Positions 19,366-30,578 are shown, numbered from the stretch's first letter. The stretch is DNA of 64,000 nucleotides from Candidatus Pacebacteria bacterium CG_4_9_14_0_2_um_filter_40_15 (GCA_002788675.1 PFRS01000005.1:67731-131730), one strand, 5' to 3'. Notes: a model not told the origin generated them from the sequence alone. Translations and numbers: made by a program.

Positions 19366-19493
19366 ACAGCTCTGTTGCTTAGCACAAGCTAAACAACTTG
19401 GTTTAAGCTAGAATCTTTTTTAAGAATTTTTTCAAATATATTTTATTTGCTTCTTGTCTTTAAACTACAGTTAGTACTAAAGAAAGAAGTATT

Positions 19494-20678
19494 ATGCGTC
19501 AACAACGTAATGGTCGTTTTCGACCAACTAACCAAAAACAAAGTAATAGAGGTGGCGGAAGAATTAAGTATTTCGACCCAACTCATGTCATCTTGCAGTC
19601 TCAGACTGCCCCAGCTATTGTTGTGGAAAAAGAAGAGTTTCAAGCAGTGCATCAGTTTAATGACTTTGCCATTGATCAAGAACTCAAAAACAACATTCTA
19701 GAGCGTGGGTATGTTACACCAACACCTATTCAGGATCAAATTATTCCTCATATTCTTGAAGGGAAAGACGTGGTTGGCATTGCCAACACAGGAACAGGCA
19801 AAACTGCCGCCTTCCTTATTCCTCTCATTCATAAAGTGATTCAAAACCCTGAAGAGCGTGCATTAATTATTGCCCCTACAAGAGAACTTGCTGTTCAAAT
19901 TAGAGATGAGCTTAAGCTTTTCTTAGCTGATATGCGAATTTTTTCAACCATCTGTATTGGAGGCTCTTCACTACATCGTCAAATTGAGCACCTCAGACGT
20001 GGTCAAAACTTCGTGATTGGAACTCCAGGAAGAATTAAAGATCTAAATGAGCGAGGAAAACTCCCTTTCAGACAATTTAGTACTATCGTACTTGATGAAG
20101 TGGACAGAATGCTCGATATGGGATTCATCCACGATATTAAACATATTGTTAATTTACTTCCAGAAAACAGATCTTCATTGTTCTTCTCTGCAACTATGAC
20201 CCCAGCCGTTAAAGACGTCATGAAAGACTTCTTACACGACCCAGTGTTTGTTTCAGTTAAGACTCAAGAAACATCGGAAAACATCGCCCAGGATATTGTG
20301 AAAATAAATGGTCGACCAAAAATTGATGTTCTCCATGATCTGCTTGTACAAAGTGATTTCCAAAAGGTATTAATTTTTGGAAGAACTAAACACTCAGCTG
20401 ATAAGCTTGCAAAAGCTCTTAAACAGCGCGGTGTTAGAGTAAATGCCATTCATGGCAACAAGTCACAAAACCAACGCCAACGTGCTCTAGACCAGTTTAA
20501 GGATAACTACGTTCAGGTTCTGATTGCTACCGACGTTGTAGCCCGTGGAGTCGACATTAAAGATGTGTCTCACGTGATTAACTACGACTTTCCTGAATCT
20601 TACGAAAGTTATGTACACCGTATTGGTCGTACCGGTCGCGCTGATGCAAAAGGCATGGCCTTAACTTTTGTTGAGTAA
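19494..20678 (+). CDS. DEAD-box ATP-dependent RNA helicase; motif II is DEVD
   Basis: Q-motif, ANTGTGKT, VLDEVDRML, SAT, HGNKSQNQR, ARGVDI, HRIGRTGR. N-terminal R/G-rich tail. Confidence 0.85.
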   Translation: MRQQRNGRFRPTNQKQSNRGGGRIKYFDPTHVILQSQTAPAIVVEKEEFQAVHQFNDFAIDQELKNNILERGYVTPTPIQDQIIPHILEGKDVVGIANTGTGKTAAFLIPLIHKVIQNPEERALIIAPTRELAVQIRDELKLFLADMRIFSTICIGGSSLHRQIEHLRRGQNFVIGTPGRIKDLNERGKLPFRQFSTIVLDEVDRMLDMGFIHDIKHIVNLLPENRSSLFFSATMTPAVKDVMKDFLHDPVFVSVKTQETSENIAQDIVKINGRPKIDVLHDLLVQSDFQKVLIFGRTKHSADKLAKALKQRGVRVNAIHGNKSQNQRQRALDQFKDNYVQVLIATDVVARGVDIKDVSHVINYDFPESYESYVHRIGRTGRADAKGMALTFVE

Positions 20679-20716
20679 TTCATACAAATTTTTGCACATC
20701 AACCCTTACCCCTCTA

Positions 20717-21658
20717 TTGCCTTCCAGGTATAATAGAGGGGTGAGAAGAATCTTTTATAAAAACCTCAAACATAAATCAACTAAAATCCTCGACTCATTT
20801 AGAATAGGTGCCTGGATTCATATCGATGAAGCTACTCAAGAAGACCTTGATTTCGCTGTCAGCAGATTTAGCCTTGATGACAATATCTTAGCTGACGCGC
20901 TCGACATGTACGAGGTACCTCGTATTGAACACGATGAAGGCAAAACGTATCTCTTTACTCGCTTCGCATACGGACCAGTTACTGAAGTAAAGACTGCGCC
21001 ATTACTTATTGTGATCGGTTCTGATTTCTTCTTAACTATTACTCCACAAACAATTGCTTCACTTGATACTCTCATTCACTCACGCGAGTTTTATTCTACC
21101 CAAAAAACCAGACTACTCACACAATTACTTTTAACACTTGATACTGATTTTGAGAAATATATCAAACATATTTCCAAAGACATTCATCGAGTTAATGCTC
21201 ATATTGAAAATATTAATAACAAAAGCCTTGTAAGCTTTGTAAACTATGAATACGTATTTAACGAATTTTTACTCGGACTTCGTCCCGATAATAATTCTCT
21301 TGAAAAGCTGCTCACAGGCAAATACGTGCGACTCTTCGAGGATGACAGAGAGCTCATCCAAGATTTATACCTCACCAATGAACAGCTGGTGAACATGTGC
21401 CAGACCAACATTAAGTACCTGGTTAACATCCGGGACTCGTACTCAACAATTACGACAAATAACTTGAACAAAACAATGAAGTTTCTTACTTCAATTACGC
21501 TTATTCTGACCATCCCAACAATGGTCTTTAGTTTTTATGGCATGAATGTGCATCTACCTCTGGAATCTCATCCACTTGCGTTTGGCTTTATTATTGCAGG
21601 TACAGTGATTTTTTCAGTACTTTTGTTGATTTACTTTAATCTGAAAGATTTGCTATAA
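20717..21658 (+). CDS. corA: CorA-family Mg2+/Co2+ transporter
   Basis: C-terminal two TM helices with FYGMNV (GMN) motif. The annotated start reads through a hairpin (20712..20746); the true start may be the downstream GTG. Confidence 0.7.
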   Translation: MPSRYNRGVRRIFYKNLKHKSTKILDSFRIGAWIHIDEATQEDLDFAVSRFSLDDNILADALDMYEVPRIEHDEGKTYLFTRFAYGPVTEVKTAPLLIVIGSDFFLTITPQTIASLDTLIHSREFYSTQKTRLLTQLLLTLDTDFEKYIKHISKDIHRVNAHIENINNKSLVSFVNYEYVFNEFLLGLRPDNNSLEKLLTGKYVRLFEDDRELIQDLYLTNEQLVNMCQTNIKYLVNIRDSYSTITTNNLNKTMKFLTSITLILTIPTMVFSFYGMNVHLPLESHPLAFGFIIAGTVIFSVLLLIYFNLKDLL

Positions 21659-21665
21659 CACCTAA

Positions 21666-21692
21666 GTCAATACATAAATTTTATGTATTGAC
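21666..21692. promoter_or_regulatory. 27-bp perfect palindrome GTCAATACATAA-ttt-TTATGTATTGAC between corA and the response-regulator gene
   Basis: Read directly from the sequence. It lies 20 nt upstream of the RR start codon. Confidence 0.5.
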
Positions 21693-21712
21693 GCAACAGA
21701 TACACTGGAAAC

Positions 21713-22393
21713 ATGATAAAAAACCATGTTCTAGTCGTTGAAAACGACCCACTGCTCTCCCAATCGCTTAAAAATCACTGTGAATACAAAGGTATCTCTG
21801 CAAACTTCACTTCTCAGATTTCCACTGCAATAGAGTTACTTGAAAAAGAGAAGTTCTCAGTTGTTGTCGTTGATCGAGTTCTCGATGATGGCGACGGTCT
21901 TGAACTCGTTGAATATCTGCGAGATATTGCTCCTCAGATCAAGGTTATGGTGTGTTCTCAACTAGGTTCAGAACGTGAACGTATTTCTGGATTAGAAATA
22001 GGTGCGGACGCATACCTATCTAAACCATTTTCTTTCACTGAATTTTCTCTGATACTTACTAAGCTCATGAACATACATAAACGTATTAATGAAGATAGCT
22101 TGCTAGCAGGGAGTATTGTGCTCTACCCAACATCCGGAATTGTTGAAATCCAAAATACTCGTATTCAATTAAGAAAAAAAGAAGCAGAGCTACTTGCTTG
22201 CTTAATGATTCATAAAAATACTGTTGTCAGTAGAAATGCTCTTATTGAATATGTTTGGGGAATTTCAGATCAAATGCCAAACTATAATACTCTTGATGTG
22301 TATATAAGAAGAATTCGAATGTCCTTTACTAAACAGTATGCAGATAACATCAAAACTGTGCGCAGCTTTGGATACATGCTTAAGTCAATTTAA
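21713..22393 (+). CDS. OmpR/PhoB-family response regulator
   Basis: Receiver domain (VVVDRVLDDGDG, phospho-Asp context) plus C-terminal winged-helix trans_reg_C. Confidence 0.8.
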   Translation: MIKNHVLVVENDPLLSQSLKNHCEYKGISANFTSQISTAIELLEKEKFSVVVVDRVLDDGDGLELVEYLRDIAPQIKVMVCSQLGSERERISGLEIGADAYLSKPFSFTEFSLILTKLMNIHKRINEDSLLAGSIVLYPTSGIVEIQNTRIQLRKKEAELLACLMIHKNTVVSRNALIEYVWGISDQMPNYNTLDVYIRRIRMSFTKQYADNIKTVRSFGYMLKSI

Positions 22394-23109
22394 TGTGGCA
22401 AATAAAGGCAAACGGATGTACCTACCTGTTTCATACTAGAGAGTGATACCGAACCATCAAAATACTGTTTTATTGTCTTAATACAAAATGGCAACCCAAT
22501 CCCAGTACTTTTTTTCTTATAACTCACCCCATCTAAACAAGATATCCATCGCTCAATGACATTCATACCACGACCATGATCCATTATTGCAATTTTTGTA
22601 CCTGTCGACGCAACTTTCACGGAAATAAAAATGACTTTCTTTTGATGTGACTCATACGCTTCTATAGCATTCTTGAGTAAACAAACTAACACTTCTGAAA
22701 AAAGTATTTTTGAACCAGTACAACAGAGCCCATCGTTTTCCCGATTATCAATTTCAACGGTAATTTCTGCTAAATGAGAAAACATTAAAATACAATTATC
22801 TAGAACTTCTTTAATACAAAATGTCTCATTTTTTGTTTGGCTGAGCGAGTTCATTAATGCATGTAATCTTTGGACAGAAGCTCTCATTCTTTTGAGTGTG
22901 CTAACATTGAGATTCTCTGTATTTTCTAAAAGTAGATCTGTATCTAATAGCAATGATGTAAGAGGTGCTGAACATGCATGATTAAACACAGGAATCGTAA
23001 AAGGAATATCTGATTGAGTATGCACGGTGATTGAGGCCACTGTGTTCCTAAATATGGGCAAGCCTAGTAACCATTCTATACAAAGCTTCATAGTCATTTT
23101 GTACAGCAA
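22390..23109 (-). CDS. Soluble histidine-kinase-like ATPase (HATPase_c; no TM or sensor domain)
   Basis: N-box LLKNAIEA, G1 DHGRGM, G2 STGIGL. It is convergent with the RR gene and overlaps it by 4 nt. Confidence 0.55.
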   Translation of the reverse strand: MLYKMTMKLCIEWLLGLPIFRNTVASITVHTQSDIPFTIPVFNHACSAPLTSLLLDTDLLLENTENLNVSTLKRMRASVQRLHALMNSLSQTKNETFCIKEVLDNCILMFSHLAEITVEIDNRENDGLCCTGSKILFSEVLVCLLKNAIEAYESHQKKVIFISVKVASTGTKIAIMDHGRGMNVIERWISCLDGVSYKKKSTGIGLPFCIKTIKQYFDGSVSLSSMKQVGTSVCLYLPH

Positions 23110-23147
23110 AATATACTGTACAAATCTGACATAAACCGTAGCGCCAA

Positions 23148-24701
23148 CTACTTCACTACTTTAGAAATATCCCAAACCACAAGGCAAGGTGCATCATACG
23201 GTCGACAGTACTTAGCAATCACAGGGAAATCAGAAACATCCATCTTAATTCTATCTTCATTGGCCACATACCATACTTGATCAAATGTTTTAGCTCTCGC
23301 TACAAATGCTTCAGGAAACTCCGTAGTTGGGAAACTCACACCCTCAACATAGATCCCCTCCACATTTTTTCGATGTTGATACATTAAAATTGCGTCAGGT
23401 AATGTTCCAAAGCTACCTTCAGTCGCTAAAGCAATGCTCTCAGTCTGGGAAGTATACCAAAGATACTCAGTGAGTTGCCTTGTTCCGTGTCCCGAAGACC
23501 ATCCTTCAAGATATTGGAATCTGTCTTCTTTTACAAACGGAGTAGCATCTGCATTGAACATATTTGGAATGATAAAAGCAAATGACTGAGTAACTAAATT
23601 AGAAACAAGCAGTGCCATGCCAAGTGTTAATCCGACTCTAATAAGCAGCCTCTTTTCGAAGGTTTCAAAGTACTGCACAATACCCCCAAAACTGAGAGCT
23701 ATCGCAACAGTAAAATAAGCAACTGCTGGAAAAAAATATCGAGGATGTACTACTTTTCCAAGTACAATTATGGGCACACAGACCAGTACACCTGCCCAGA
23801 AAAAAATGTGCACTTTCCGCTGTACAGATGTAATAAACATACCAAACAATACAAACAGTAAGGCAGGAAATGTGAGATACCACATAAAGAAGTATGTATA
23901 GTGTGGTATACGAGCAAAGTTATTCCAAATTCGACCCTGTACTATTTCAGAAATCGGATATAAAAAGTCACCGCCTCTGCTAAATAATTGCGAAAAAGAT
24001 GGTGATAATTTTAACAAAGCAAATACAAGCAAACCACTAAAAATTCCACCTGAAAGAATAAGTGCTTTCCGAAAAAGATATTTTTTATCAGCATTTGTAT
24101 CAAGTAAAAGCAATACATATAAGGATGGCAAACTTAACAGTGCTGGGATCTTTGTCAGCATTCCTAAACCAACACCGGCTGCAATCAGCGCTCCCGCATA
24201 GAGTTCACTTCTGTTCATCTTCTTCTGTACATGTTTTTTGACTTGAGAAAGAGTTACTGCTCCATAGATAGATACCGTCACAGTAAGCCCTAACAATGCC
24301 TCTGTAAGCGCCATGCGATGGTGGAAATACCAAAACGGAAGAATGCAGACCAATAATGATCCAAAAAATATAACTGCTTTACTTTTTGTAAGTTTTTTTA
24401 GCAACAAGAAAAAGAGAACAAGCTCAAAATAGCCTATGAGTACCGAAACAAATCGTGCTGCATACAACTTATCGGAAAAAATAAATTGGAATGGGACCAA
24501 TAACCACATAAACAGCGGCGTCTTACCGTCATTTAGTGGAAAAAACAAATACTGTCTCCAGTTATCTATAATCAGCTGACTCCATCTAATATAGATTGCC
24601 TCATCAGCAAAAACAGGTAAGGAGGTGAGTCCCCACAAATGTGTTAGCACATAGAGTAATGACAATCCAAGAAAAAGTAATAATAGGGAATGTTTTTTCA
24701 T
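23148..24701 (-). CDS. GT-C glycosyltransferase (PMT/ArnT-like)
   Basis: Polytopic, with a first-loop FADEAIYIRW DE motif. 517 aa. Confidence 0.65.
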   Translation of the reverse strand: MKKHSLLLLFLGLSLLYVLTHLWGLTSLPVFADEAIYIRWSQLIIDNWRQYLFFPLNDGKTPLFMWLLVPFQFIFSDKLYAARFVSVLIGYFELVLFFLLLKKLTKSKAVIFFGSLLVCILPFWYFHHRMALTEALLGLTVTVSIYGAVTLSQVKKHVQKKMNRSELYAGALIAAGVGLGMLTKIPALLSLPSLYVLLLLDTNADKKYLFRKALILSGGIFSGLLVFALLKLSPSFSQLFSRGGDFLYPISEIVQGRIWNNFARIPHYTYFFMWYLTFPALLFVLFGMFITSVQRKVHIFFWAGVLVCVPIIVLGKVVHPRYFFPAVAYFTVAIALSFGGIVQYFETFEKRLLIRVGLTLGMALLVSNLVTQSFAFIIPNMFNADATPFVKEDRFQYLEGWSSGHGTRQLTEYLWYTSQTESIALATEGSFGTLPDAILMYQHRKNVEGIYVEGVSFPTTEFPEAFVARAKTFDQVWYVANEDRIKMDVSDFPVIAKYCRPYDAPCLVVWDISKVVK

Positions 24702-24704
24702 GCG

Positions 24705-26051
24705 TTATTTCCACCAATAGGGCTTCTTTTTATAGAACACCGCATAGTACCCAACCAATGCTACCATCACAGTAAGCCATGTAATCATTTTTTGATGAAG
24801 GAGTACAGATCCTTCAAAGCCGCCTGAATACATCCAAGGACTGTACCGTAGTAATGATGAAACAGAAAGAACGAGCAATACAAACTTCCAAATTTTATTT
24901 TTTATAAATGGAATCCAAACAAACACCCACAATAAGTACCATGGATGAAACTGTTGAGAACGAACAGTGAGGAGTGGAAGAAACAGTAATACAGAAGCGA
25001 CAAAAGGAATGAGTGCAAATACTTTTTCCAACACAAGATTACTACCAAAATTTAAAGCGGACAACATAAATGGATACGAAACTCTCTGAGTAATCTTTTC
25101 AAGTGAAAATAGTTTGAGCGCATGCAAAACCAAGAGTAATAACCAAGGAACTAATAGTACTACTGTAGCAAACTTAATGGTAATTGAAAAAAACAGCAAA
25201 GCAGCGCTAGTAGCAAGCAGTTGTGAAGGTACATACTTTTTTCTAAGAATTGCAAATAACAGACCAAATGATGCCACAGCTGGGGCCATCATCCATAAAT
25301 CATTGTGGCTATTTGAAACAACTTCAATTAAAACCAATGGATTACAAAACACTAAGAAGAGCTCTGGAAGTGAAAGATATTTTCTACGCATCTCCACTGA
25401 AAAATACTGTAAGGCGATATATAAGGCAAGCATGCTAGCAATGCTGAACACTCTAAAACTTAACCACGTTAAAAAGAATTTACCAATGCCTACCATATAG
25501 GGAACAATAGAAAGCGCAGTCCAACCATACCCGTAAGGAGCTGGTGTATGCGTATTATGCATGAATCTGATCCACTTTTCTTGAGGAAAATCTAATGCAA
25601 CTTGCTCATGAGGATTAACCTTATACTCAACAACCATCTTAGCATTAAACATGTAATTAAATACATCATGCGACAGCGCATTATATGAAAATGTAAGCGG
25701 AACCACGAGTAATATAAAAAAAATAAAAGCTTTGCTATACATTCTTGAAAAAATATATTTTAAAGAGAAATGTGTCGTTCTATACAACGCACATTCTTCT
25801 ACTCTCTCAGCAAGAGCCAGACTATCTTTGGAGTGAAATCTTCTATAGATTGCGACATATATAGCAAATCCTGCAACTATTAAAGCTAGATATGCCGTGG
25901 TTAAGACTACTGGGTTCTTAAAAAAAACTTCCCACATATACTGCTGGAAGTTTTGATACCAGGTTGCCTGAAAAAGCACCAGGTTAGGATCTGTGAGTGA
26001 AAAACTGAATACTGAATAGAGTACGCTCCAAAGGATATATAAAATAATCAT
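24705..26051 (-). CDS. Polytopic membrane protein, possibly a GT-C/DUF2029-like glycosyltransferase
   Basis: About 12 TM helices. Position within the glycosylation cluster only. Confidence 0.35.
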   Translation of the reverse strand: MIILYILWSVLYSVFSFSLTDPNLVLFQATWYQNFQQYMWEVFFKNPVVLTTAYLALIVAGFAIYVAIYRRFHSKDSLALAERVEECALYRTTHFSLKYIFSRMYSKAFIFFILLVVPLTFSYNALSHDVFNYMFNAKMVVEYKVNPHEQVALDFPQEKWIRFMHNTHTPAPYGYGWTALSIVPYMVGIGKFFLTWLSFRVFSIASMLALYIALQYFSVEMRRKYLSLPELFLVFCNPLVLIEVVSNSHNDLWMMAPAVASFGLLFAILRKKYVPSQLLATSAALLFFSITIKFATVVLLVPWLLLLVLHALKLFSLEKITQRVSYPFMLSALNFGSNLVLEKVFALIPFVASVLLFLPLLTVRSQQFHPWYLLWVFVWIPFIKNKIWKFVLLVLSVSSLLRYSPWMYSGGFEGSVLLHQKMITWLTVMVALVGYYAVFYKKKPYWWK

Positions 26052-26806
26052 TACAATTCGTATTTTCCTCGTATGCGAGCAAATCGCATACGTAGTATAT
26101 CTATAAACATTCTAATTGAATCTTTAACAGGGCTCACACGTTCGGTTGAGTTATGGTACCAAGTGATTGGCACTTCTTGAATAGAATACTTAAGTTTATT
26201 GGCTAGATACAAAAGCTCAACATCAAATGCTCCTGTGTATGCATCTTTACGCTCTTTCTGAGATCCATAAATGTATAACTTATTGAAAAGTGTGTCAGTT
26301 GCATCAGCTGAAAAAAGTTTAAAACCGCACTGAGTATCTAAAATGCCTGGGACAGCTAAGATCTGAACTAACAAATTAAAACCTCTGCCCATTAATCGTC
26401 TGTAAAATGGCTCTTCATCTCTTTTCGCACCAACCATTTCTCTGGATCCAAGTATCACAGAAAAGCCTTTTTTAGTGTGTTGAAGCAACTTTTCAACCTC
26501 TGAAATTGGGGTAGACTGATCAAAGTCCGTAAACAACCGCCACTCACCCTTTGCACCTAACATTCCAGCTGTTACTGTGGGTGCTTTACCAGCATGAATA
26601 TTATCAATAACTTTGATTCGATCATCTTTTTTTGCAAAGTCATGAAGCTTTTGCGTTGTTCCATCTTGTGATCCATCATCAGTAAGTATTATTTCCCACT
26701 GATATGATTGTTTTTTTAGATACTCTAAAACAGTGTCTAACACACCTCTTTTTAGGTTTTTCATTTCATTATATGATGGGATTACAACTGATAGGTATGG
26801 TTTCAT
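26051..26806 (-). CDS. GT2 polyprenol-phosphate sugar synthase (Dpm1/GtrB-like)
   Basis: VVIPSYNE ... LTDDGSQDGT (DxD), 251 aa soluble GT-A. Confidence 0.75.
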   Translation of the reverse strand: MKPYLSVVIPSYNEMKNLKRGVLDTVLEYLKKQSYQWEIILTDDGSQDGTTQKLHDFAKKDDRIKVIDNIHAGKAPTVTAGMLGAKGEWRLFTDFDQSTPISEVEKLLQHTKKGFSVILGSREMVGAKRDEEPFYRRLMGRGFNLLVQILAVPGILDTQCGFKLFSADATDTLFNKLYIYGSQKERKDAYTGAFDVELLYLANKLKYSIQEVPITWYHNSTERVSPVKDSIRMFIDILRMRFARIRGKYEL

Positions 26807-26844
26807 GAATCTATTCTACCTTTTTTCACCTTTTCTTGGTACTG

Positions 26845-28386
26845 CTACTCTGTTTTTTTCAAAACAGTTATTTCTGGACCTCCAGGTATATTAAATACTT
26901 CAGAAGGCTCTTTATTAGGAAAGACTACTATTTCATAGATTGGTGAATCAACTACTTTGTCTATAACTTGATCTTCGTTAATAATAAATAGTGTCTCAAC
27001 CGAACCTCTTTCTTCAGTTAAAACTGGAGGATTCTCTGTAGTAGAAAGGAAATACCGATAATTTTGAGCATCTATGTCGCCAGTTGCTGACAATAAAACA
27101 ATATTGTATTTTTCACCATTGCTCACTCGCTCTGCAATTGCAGCACTGGTTCGCTCAATATCACTCAGTTTCCAACCAGTGTCACCCAACTGCATATTTT
27201 GAATATTGAAACTAAGATAGTAACAAACGAATACGAGTGAGATAATCCCACCAATAAATTTTATTTTTTGTATCTCAACAAGCAATAAAGCCAATACAAA
27301 AAAGGTAACAGGGAACAGATAGGCTACGTAGTGGTCATAAATACTATGCTCATAGACAGCCGTACCAACAATACCCACAAGCAAAAACACAAAAATAATA
27401 GATTCACCAAGGCCGTGTTCACGCTTCTTCATGTGTGATATCAAATAAGCACTACCTACCCCAGCAATAACTAACATAATTTCATTTAAATCTCTGATCT
27501 TGCCAATAGTAATTTCGAATAGTATAAACATTGCTCTTCCATGAGACTCAGATAACGCACGTAAAGCTCTATGTCCTTGACTGGTTGCAACTTTAAAATT
27601 ATCTTCACCAAAAAGTAAATTCATGAATGCTTTTGCATTAAGCCAGTCATGTTTCCAATCAAAAAGCATTAATGGGATTGTTGATGCAGCAAACAAAAAT
27701 ATACTTGCCACTGTTGCCTTAACCATTATAGTCAGCTCTTTTTTATCTTCTTTATCAGTTGATTTTAGCAAGGTAAGATGACGATACAGCCAGATTAAAC
27801 CAAAACTAACTCCTGACAGGAGTGTAATATAATGTAATTGCATTAAGACTGCAAAACATACCGTAACAACCACCCAATACCAGCCACTTTTCTTAAATGC
27901 CCTATATATTGCCCACATCATAATCAAGGCAATAAGCGGAGCAGGATTTGGATTCCAGCTAAATCTGGTATATTGAATCACCGTTGATGAAAAAGTAAAT
28001 AAAGCAGTTGCAACAAGAGCAACTTTCTCACCTACAAGTTCTCTTCCCAACCAATACATACACAATACTGTGAGAACACCAATCGCTGCTACAGCATATA
28101 CAGGACCCATTGGGCTTGGATACGTCAGCCAAAGAAATGGCAACATAAAGTAATAGTAAAGTGGACCAAGATACATGTTTCCCACACTAGTCACCGGACC
28201 TATAAAGACTGGATCTCCAGCAGTGAATATGCGAGACACTAACAGAGCATCCCTACCTTGGTCACCTAGAAACTGAACAGTATCTGCTAAATTATAAAAT
28301 CGTGTAAATACAGCTATAACTATCAGAGCTACCACAAACCATTGTATTTTGGTGAGGTTGCGAATTGTTTTAATAAATAGCTGCAT
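26845..28386 (-). CDS. GT-C-fold membrane glycosyltransferase (ArnT/PMT-like topology)
   Basis: 513 aa, polytopic N-terminal half with a soluble C-terminal domain. Confidence 0.55.
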   Translation of the reverse strand: MQLFIKTIRNLTKIQWFVVALIVIAVFTRFYNLADTVQFLGDQGRDALLVSRIFTAGDPVFIGPVTSVGNMYLGPLYYYFMLPFLWLTYPSPMGPVYAVAAIGVLTVLCMYWLGRELVGEKVALVATALFTFSSTVIQYTRFSWNPNPAPLIALIMMWAIYRAFKKSGWYWVVVTVCFAVLMQLHYITLLSGVSFGLIWLYRHLTLLKSTDKEDKKELTIMVKATVASIFLFAASTIPLMLFDWKHDWLNAKAFMNLLFGEDNFKVATSQGHRALRALSESHGRAMFILFEITIGKIRDLNEIMLVIAGVGSAYLISHMKKREHGLGESIIFVFLLVGIVGTAVYEHSIYDHYVAYLFPVTFFVLALLLVEIQKIKFIGGIISLVFVCYYLSFNIQNMQLGDTGWKLSDIERTSAAIAERVSNGEKYNIVLLSATGDIDAQNYRYFLSTTENPPVLTEERGSVETLFIINEDQVIDKVVDSPIYEIVVFPNKEPSEVFNIPGGPEITVLKKTE

Positions 28387-28392
28387 ATATGA

Positions 28393-29577
28393 TTATTTCT
28401 TTTTCCAGATAAAAAAGTTGTATGCAAAGAAATTCCAGAAAAGGCCAATACCTATGCCACATATTGCAAAGAGCATGCCCGTATCTATAGCAAAACCGAC
28501 TACTGGCACAACAAAGAGATCATGTAGTCCAATCACATTTTCGCCTAACGTATTTATAATAAGTTGAATAATCACCGAGCCAAGTGATGCTGCATTAAAT
28601 GCTAAGAACTTGCCAAGAACCTGATTTGATTCAAGTTTTCGGTCTGCAAATGTCCATAGATTATTCAATATAAAGTTAGAAGCGATTGCTGTCTCAATAC
28701 TAAGCAAAGTAGCAACTAAGAAATTTGAAAAAATCAGGTACTTAAATGTTGGAATCACTAGTCTAAGGAGTGTGAGGGTTGTTAACTGAACAACAGTGCC
28801 TAATCCACCAACAAAAGCAAACTTAAAGATTCGATTATTCAAAACATCATCTACTCTTATTTTAAAGATATAGAGTAATGTATTTTTAATGTATTCAGCA
28901 CCGAGCTTTGATTCTCCAATGGTACGATCTACAAATTTGAATGGTACTTCTTTAACTTTAAAACCTTTTCTAACAGCATTATTTAAAAATCCTATCTGAA
29001 AAGTATATCCCATAAATCGTTCAGAATTTATTAACGGATGCACTGCTTCATAGACGTCCTTAGTAATTGCACGATATCCAGTTGTCCAATCTCTAATACT
29101 AAAATTAGTCAGAACAGTTGCTATAATCATATTTCCAACCACGCTTAAAAACTTACGATGAAATCCCCAGTCAGCAGGTATACCACCACCCTTTATGTAG
29201 CGTGAGCCAAGTACAAAGTCAGCACCGCCATCAATGGCAGCTAAAAACTCTGGGATCTTATCTGGGTCATGAGAAAAATCAGCATCAAATTCAAATATGA
29301 TATCTGCATCGAGCTTAGTAAAAGCTTCGGCCATACCTTTTAAGTATGCGCCTCCTAGACCTGCTTTTTGCTTATTTTGCAAAAGATGGACATTTTTCTC
29401 TTTTTTAGCCATCTCTTTCACAACTTCATACGTTTTATCTGGAGAGGTATCGTCAACAACCAGGACATGCATGTCCCAATTCTTAACGGTTGAAAACACT
29501 TTTTGGAGTGCCGGGACTATTTTTTGGATATTCTCGCGCTCATTGTAGGTAGGAATGATTACAACAGCTTTTTTCAT
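28393..29577 (-). CDS. GT2 polyprenol-phosphate glycosyltransferase fused to a GtrA-like membrane domain
   Basis: [29 protein letters not shown]; C-terminal 4-TM GtrA-like segment. Confidence 0.75.
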   Translation of the reverse strand: MKKAVVIIPTYNERENIQKIVPALQKVFSTVKNWDMHVLVVDDTSPDKTYEVVKEMAKKEKNVHLLQNKQKAGLGGAYLKGMAEAFTKLDADIIFEFDADFSHDPDKIPEFLAAIDGGADFVLGSRYIKGGGIPADWGFHRKFLSVVGNMIIATVLTNFSIRDWTTGYRAITKDVYEAVHPLINSERFMGYTFQIGFLNNAVRKGFKVKEVPFKFVDRTIGESKLGAEYIKNTLLYIFKIRVDDVLNNRIFKFAFVGGLGTVVQLTTLTLLRLVIPTFKYLIFSNFLVATLLSIETAIASNFILNNLWTFADRKLESNQVLGKFLAFNAASLGSVIIQLIINTLGENVIGLHDLFVVPVVGFAIDTGMLFAICGIGIGLFWNFFAYNFFIWKKK

Positions 29578-30578
29578 AGTTCGTTAACACTCTCTCTTTC
29601 TAGTTCTGCTTCAACCATAATTCGTACTAATTCTTCGAAATCAATTGTAGGTTTCCAACCAAGCTTAGTCCGGGCTTTTTCTGGGCTACCAATAAGAAGA
29701 TCAACTTCAGCAGGCCGATCATATTCAGGATTATGCTTCCAAATGCCTTCCCAATCATCAATTCCAGCAGCTTTTGAAGCTAGCTGTAAAAATTCTCTAA
29801 CTGAATGAGTTTCTCCTGTTGCGATTACATAATCTTCTGGTGTATCTTGCTGAAGCATTAACCACATGGCTTCCACATAGTCTTTTGCATAACCCCAGTC
29901 TCGTTTCGCATCAAGGTTTCCAAGTTCAATATGTGATTGTTTACCCAACTTTACTCGAGCAACTCCATTTGCAATTTTTCGTGTTACGAATTCAAGACCT
30001 CTGCGTGGAGATTCATGATTAAAGAGAATACCTGAGACAGCAAACATATCAAAAGATTCGCGGTAGTTTACCGTAATCCAGTGACCATACACTTTGGCTA
30101 CACCATAGGGAGAGCGTGGGTAGAATGGAGTTGTTTCAACTTGAGGTACTTCCTGCACTTTACCAAACATTTCACTAGAACTTGCTTGGTAAAAACGAGC
30201 CTGAGGACACACAAGTTTCATAGCATCAAGAACTCTTGTGACACCCAGTGCAGTAAATTCACCGGTAAGAACTGGTTGATCCCAACTTGCCTTGACAAAT
30301 GATTGAGCAGCAAGATTATAAATTTCATCTGGTTGTATATCATTGAGCGCATTTGTAAGTGAGTGTTGATCGATTAAATCACCTGAGATTAGTTCTAAAT
30401 TCTCATTATGCACAATTTGTTTAATTCTCTCAAAGTTTTGAGTACTTGTTCGACGAGTCAAACCATACACACGATACCCTTTTTCAAGAAGTGATTCAGC
30501 AAGATATGATCCATCTTGCCCCGTTATACCGGTAATAAATGCTTTTTTCATACTTTCCTTTACTGTTTTCTTTGCCAA
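29574..30578 (-). CDS. gmd: GDP-mannose 4,6-dehydratase
   Basis: [23 protein letters not shown] and the overall SDR-extended pattern. The start may be the internal Met (MKKAFITG). Confidence 0.85.
   Translation of the reverse strand: MAKKTVKESMKKAFITGITGQDGSYLAESLLEKGYRVYGLTRRTSTQNFERIKQIVHNENLELISGDLIDQHSLTNALNDIQPDEIYNLAAQSFVKASWDQPVLTGEFTALGVTRVLDAMKLVCPQARFYQASSSEMFGKVQEVPQVETTPFYPRSPYGVAKVYGHWITVNYRESFDMFAVSGILFNHESPRRGLEFVTRKIANGVARVKLGKQSHIELGNLDAKRDWGYAKDYVEAMWLMLQQDTPEDYVIATGETHSVREFLQLASKAAGIDDWEGIWKHNPEYDRPAEVDLLIGSPEKARTKLGWKPTIDFEELVRIMVEAELERESVNEL

Noticed and set aside
25114-25500. Antisense ORFs within the 448-aa membrane protein gene; also 730..951, 2383..2655, 3537..3860, 4458..4769
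   Set aside because: Fully embedded in and antisense to well-supported genes.
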